DNA of 30,772 nucleotides from Enterobacter phage LAU1: sequence record MN688132.1; one strand, 5' to 3'. Shown piece by piece: positions 28,511 to 30,772 of this stretch (position 1 is its first letter; each line of letters starts with the position of its first letter). The notes under the pieces were generated by a model. It saw only the letters and a program-made list of their open reading frames with translations, ran no database searches and was not told where the DNA came from. The position numbers and the translations under genes were made by a program.

Positions 28511-30772
28511 CATATTCCTTCCGGCGTCCGGCATTTTACCGCCAGACAGCTCGGGATTCGTGATATCACCGTTCTTGCAGAATACGGTCAGAGGGAAAAT
28601 ACCCGCCGTGAGCATGCAGCGCTGATACGTCAGCACTATCAGTATCGTGAATTTGCCTGGCCCTGGACATTTCGCCTTACCCGTCTTTTATATACCCGGA
28701 GCTGGATAAGCAACGAACGTCCTGGCCTGCTTTTCGATCTGGCGACAGGGTGGCTTATGCAACATCGTATTATTCTCCCCGGAGCCACTACGCTGACCCG
28801 GTTGATTTCAGAGGTAAGGGAAAAGGCGACGTTGCGCCTGTGGAACAAACTGGCACTGATACCGTCAGCCGAACAGCGTTCACAGCTGGAGATGCTGCTG
28901 GGGCCAACTGATTGCAGCCGCCTGTCTTTACTGGAATCACTGAAAAAGGGCCCTGTGACCATCAGTGGTCCGGCGTTTAATGAAGCAATTGAACGCTGGA
29001 AAACTCTGAACGATTTTGGCCTGCATGCTGAAAACCTGAGTACACTCCCGGCTGTGCGCCTGAAAAATCTCGCACGTTATGCTGGTATGACTTCGGTGTT
29101 CAATATTGCCAGGATGTCACCGCAGAAAAGGATGGCGGTTCTGGTTGCCTTTGTCCTTGCATGGGAAACGCTGGCGCTGGATGATGCATTGGACGTTCTG
29201 GACGCCATGCTGGCCGTTATCATCCGTGACGCCAGAAAGATTGGGCAGAAAAAACGGCTCCGCTCGCTGAAGGATCTGGATAAATCTGCATTGGCGCTCG
29301 CCAGCGCATGTTCGTACCTGCTGAAAGAAGAAACACCGGACGAATCGATTCGTGCTGAGGTGTTCAGCTACATCCCAAGGCAAAAGCTGGCTGAAATCAT
29401 CACGCTTGTCCGTGAAATTGCCCGGCCCTCAGACGATAATTTTCATGAAGAAATGGTGGAGCAGTACGGGCGCGTTCGTCGTTTCCTGCCCCATCTGCTG
29501 AATACCGTTAAATTTTCATCCGCACCTGCCGGGGTTACCACTCTGAATGCCTGTGACTACCTCAGCCGGGAGTTCAGCTCACGGCGGCAGTTTTTTGACG
29601 ACGCACCAACGGAAATTATCAGTCGGTCATGGAAACGGCTGGTGATTAACAAGGAAAAACATATCACCCGCAGGGGATACACGCTCTGCTTTCTCAGTAA
29701 ACTGCAGGATAGTCTGAGGCGGAGGGATGTCTACGTTACCGGCAGTAACCGGTGGGGAGATCCTCGTGCAAGATTACTACAGGGTGCTGACTGGCAGGCA
29801 AACCGGATTAAGGTTTATCGTTCTTTGGGGCACCCGACAGACCCGCAGGAAGCAATAAAATCTCTGGGTCATCAGCTTGATAGTCGTTACAGACAGGTTG
29901 CTGCACGTCTTTGCGAAAATGAGGCTGTCGAACTCGATGTTTCTGGCCCGAAGCCCCGGTTGACAATTTCTCCCCTCGCCAGTCTTGATGAGCCGGACAG
30001 TCTGAAACGACTGAGCAAAATGATCAGTGATCTACTCCCTCCGGTGGATTTAACGGAGTTGCTGCTCGAAATTAACGCCCATACCGGATTTGCTGATGAG
30101 TTTTTCCATGCTAGTGAAGCCAGTGCCAGAGTTGATGATCTGCCCGTCAGCATCAGCGCCGTGCTGATGGCTGAAGCCTGCAATATCGGTCTGGAACCAC
30201 TGATCAGATCAAATGTTCCTGCACTGACCCGACACCGGCTGAACTGGACAAAAGCGAACTATCTGCGGGCTGAAACTATCACCAGCGCTAATGCCAGACT
30301 GGTTGATTTTCAGGCAACGCTGCCACTGGCACAGATATGGGGTGGAGGAGAAGTGGCATCTGCAGATGGAATGCGCTTTGTTACGCCAGTCAGAACAATC
30401 AATGCCGGACCGAACCGCAAATACTTTGGTAATAACAGAGGGATCACCTGGTACAACTTTGTGTCCGATCAGTATTCCGGCTTTCATGGCATCGTTATAC
30501 CGGGGACGCTGAGGGACTCTATCTTTGTGCTGGAAGGTCTTCTGGAACAGGAGACCGGGCTGAATCCAACCGAAATTATGACCGATACAGCAGGTGCCAG
30601 CGAACTTGTCTTTGGCCTTTTCTGGCTGCTGGGATACCAGTTTTCTCCACGCCTGGCTGATGCCGGTGCTTCGGTTTTCTGGCGAATGGACCATGATGCC
30701 GACTATGGCGTGCTGAATGATATTGCCAGAGGGCAATCAGATCCCCGAAAAATAGGGCACTGTTGCAAATAG
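28511..30772 (+). pseudogene. tnpA: Tn2/Tn3-family transposase tnpA, 5'-truncated (begins at about codon 80, HIPSGVRHFTARQLGIRDITVLAEYGQ...). It continues beyond the window end
   Basis: The in-frame translation from 28511 matches Tn3 TnpA from MNHIPSGVRHF onward. The ORF-track 671-aa ORF is the same frame from an internal Met. There is no Tn2 IR or tnpA start in the window. Confidence 0.85.

Noticed and set aside
28421-28636. 71-aa minus-strand ORF (MLTYQRCMLTAG...)
   Set aside because: It is a chimeric reading frame spanning antisense Tn2 tnpA and the orf477 junction.

Overview
The window holds a chromosomal yeaG-yeaH (PrkA-family kinase / DUF444) operon at 1-3308, followed by the end of a lambdoid prophage on the minus strand (about 3513-25446). 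The chromosome is enterobacterial; the YeaG/YeaH proteins are near-identical to E. coli's but not identical. The prophage has an HK97-type packaging and head module (P27-family TerS, TerL, portal, prohead protease, major capsid, connector proteins) and a lambda-type tail module (U-like tail terminator, major tail protein, G/GT chaperones with a -1 frameshift, tape measure, M, L, K, I, J). After J come two paralogous hypothetical genes, a Cor-like lipoprotein, a side tail fibre, and a terminal two-gene moron. Immediately upstream of the packaging module the phage DNA is interrupted by an intact ISEcp1 (25539-27194) carrying blaCTX-M-15 with the classic 48-bp spacer, a truncated orf477/wbuC and a 5'-truncated Tn2 tnpA that runs off the window. 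The most interesting unexplained piece is the terminal moron (3569-4166): a perfect LexA/SOS box controls a translationally coupled pair, an unknown 79-aa protein plus a protein that starts at the UmuD Cys-Gly cleavage position, i.e. a pre-processed UmuD'/HumD-like protein, and that lacks the catalytic Ser. Second is a very low-GC lipoprotein moron inserted between the tail chaperone genes and the tape-measure gene, with a hairpin that sequesters its own SD. Others are a Dam-site-rich inverted-repeat operator ahead of the Cor-like lipoprotein, a repeated 'hairpin + T-run + SD + ATG' architecture ahead of structural genes, and a cos-like sequence plus a C10 tract upstream of terS. The ORF track clearly uses GTG/TTG starts; several starts were re-derived from SD spacing.
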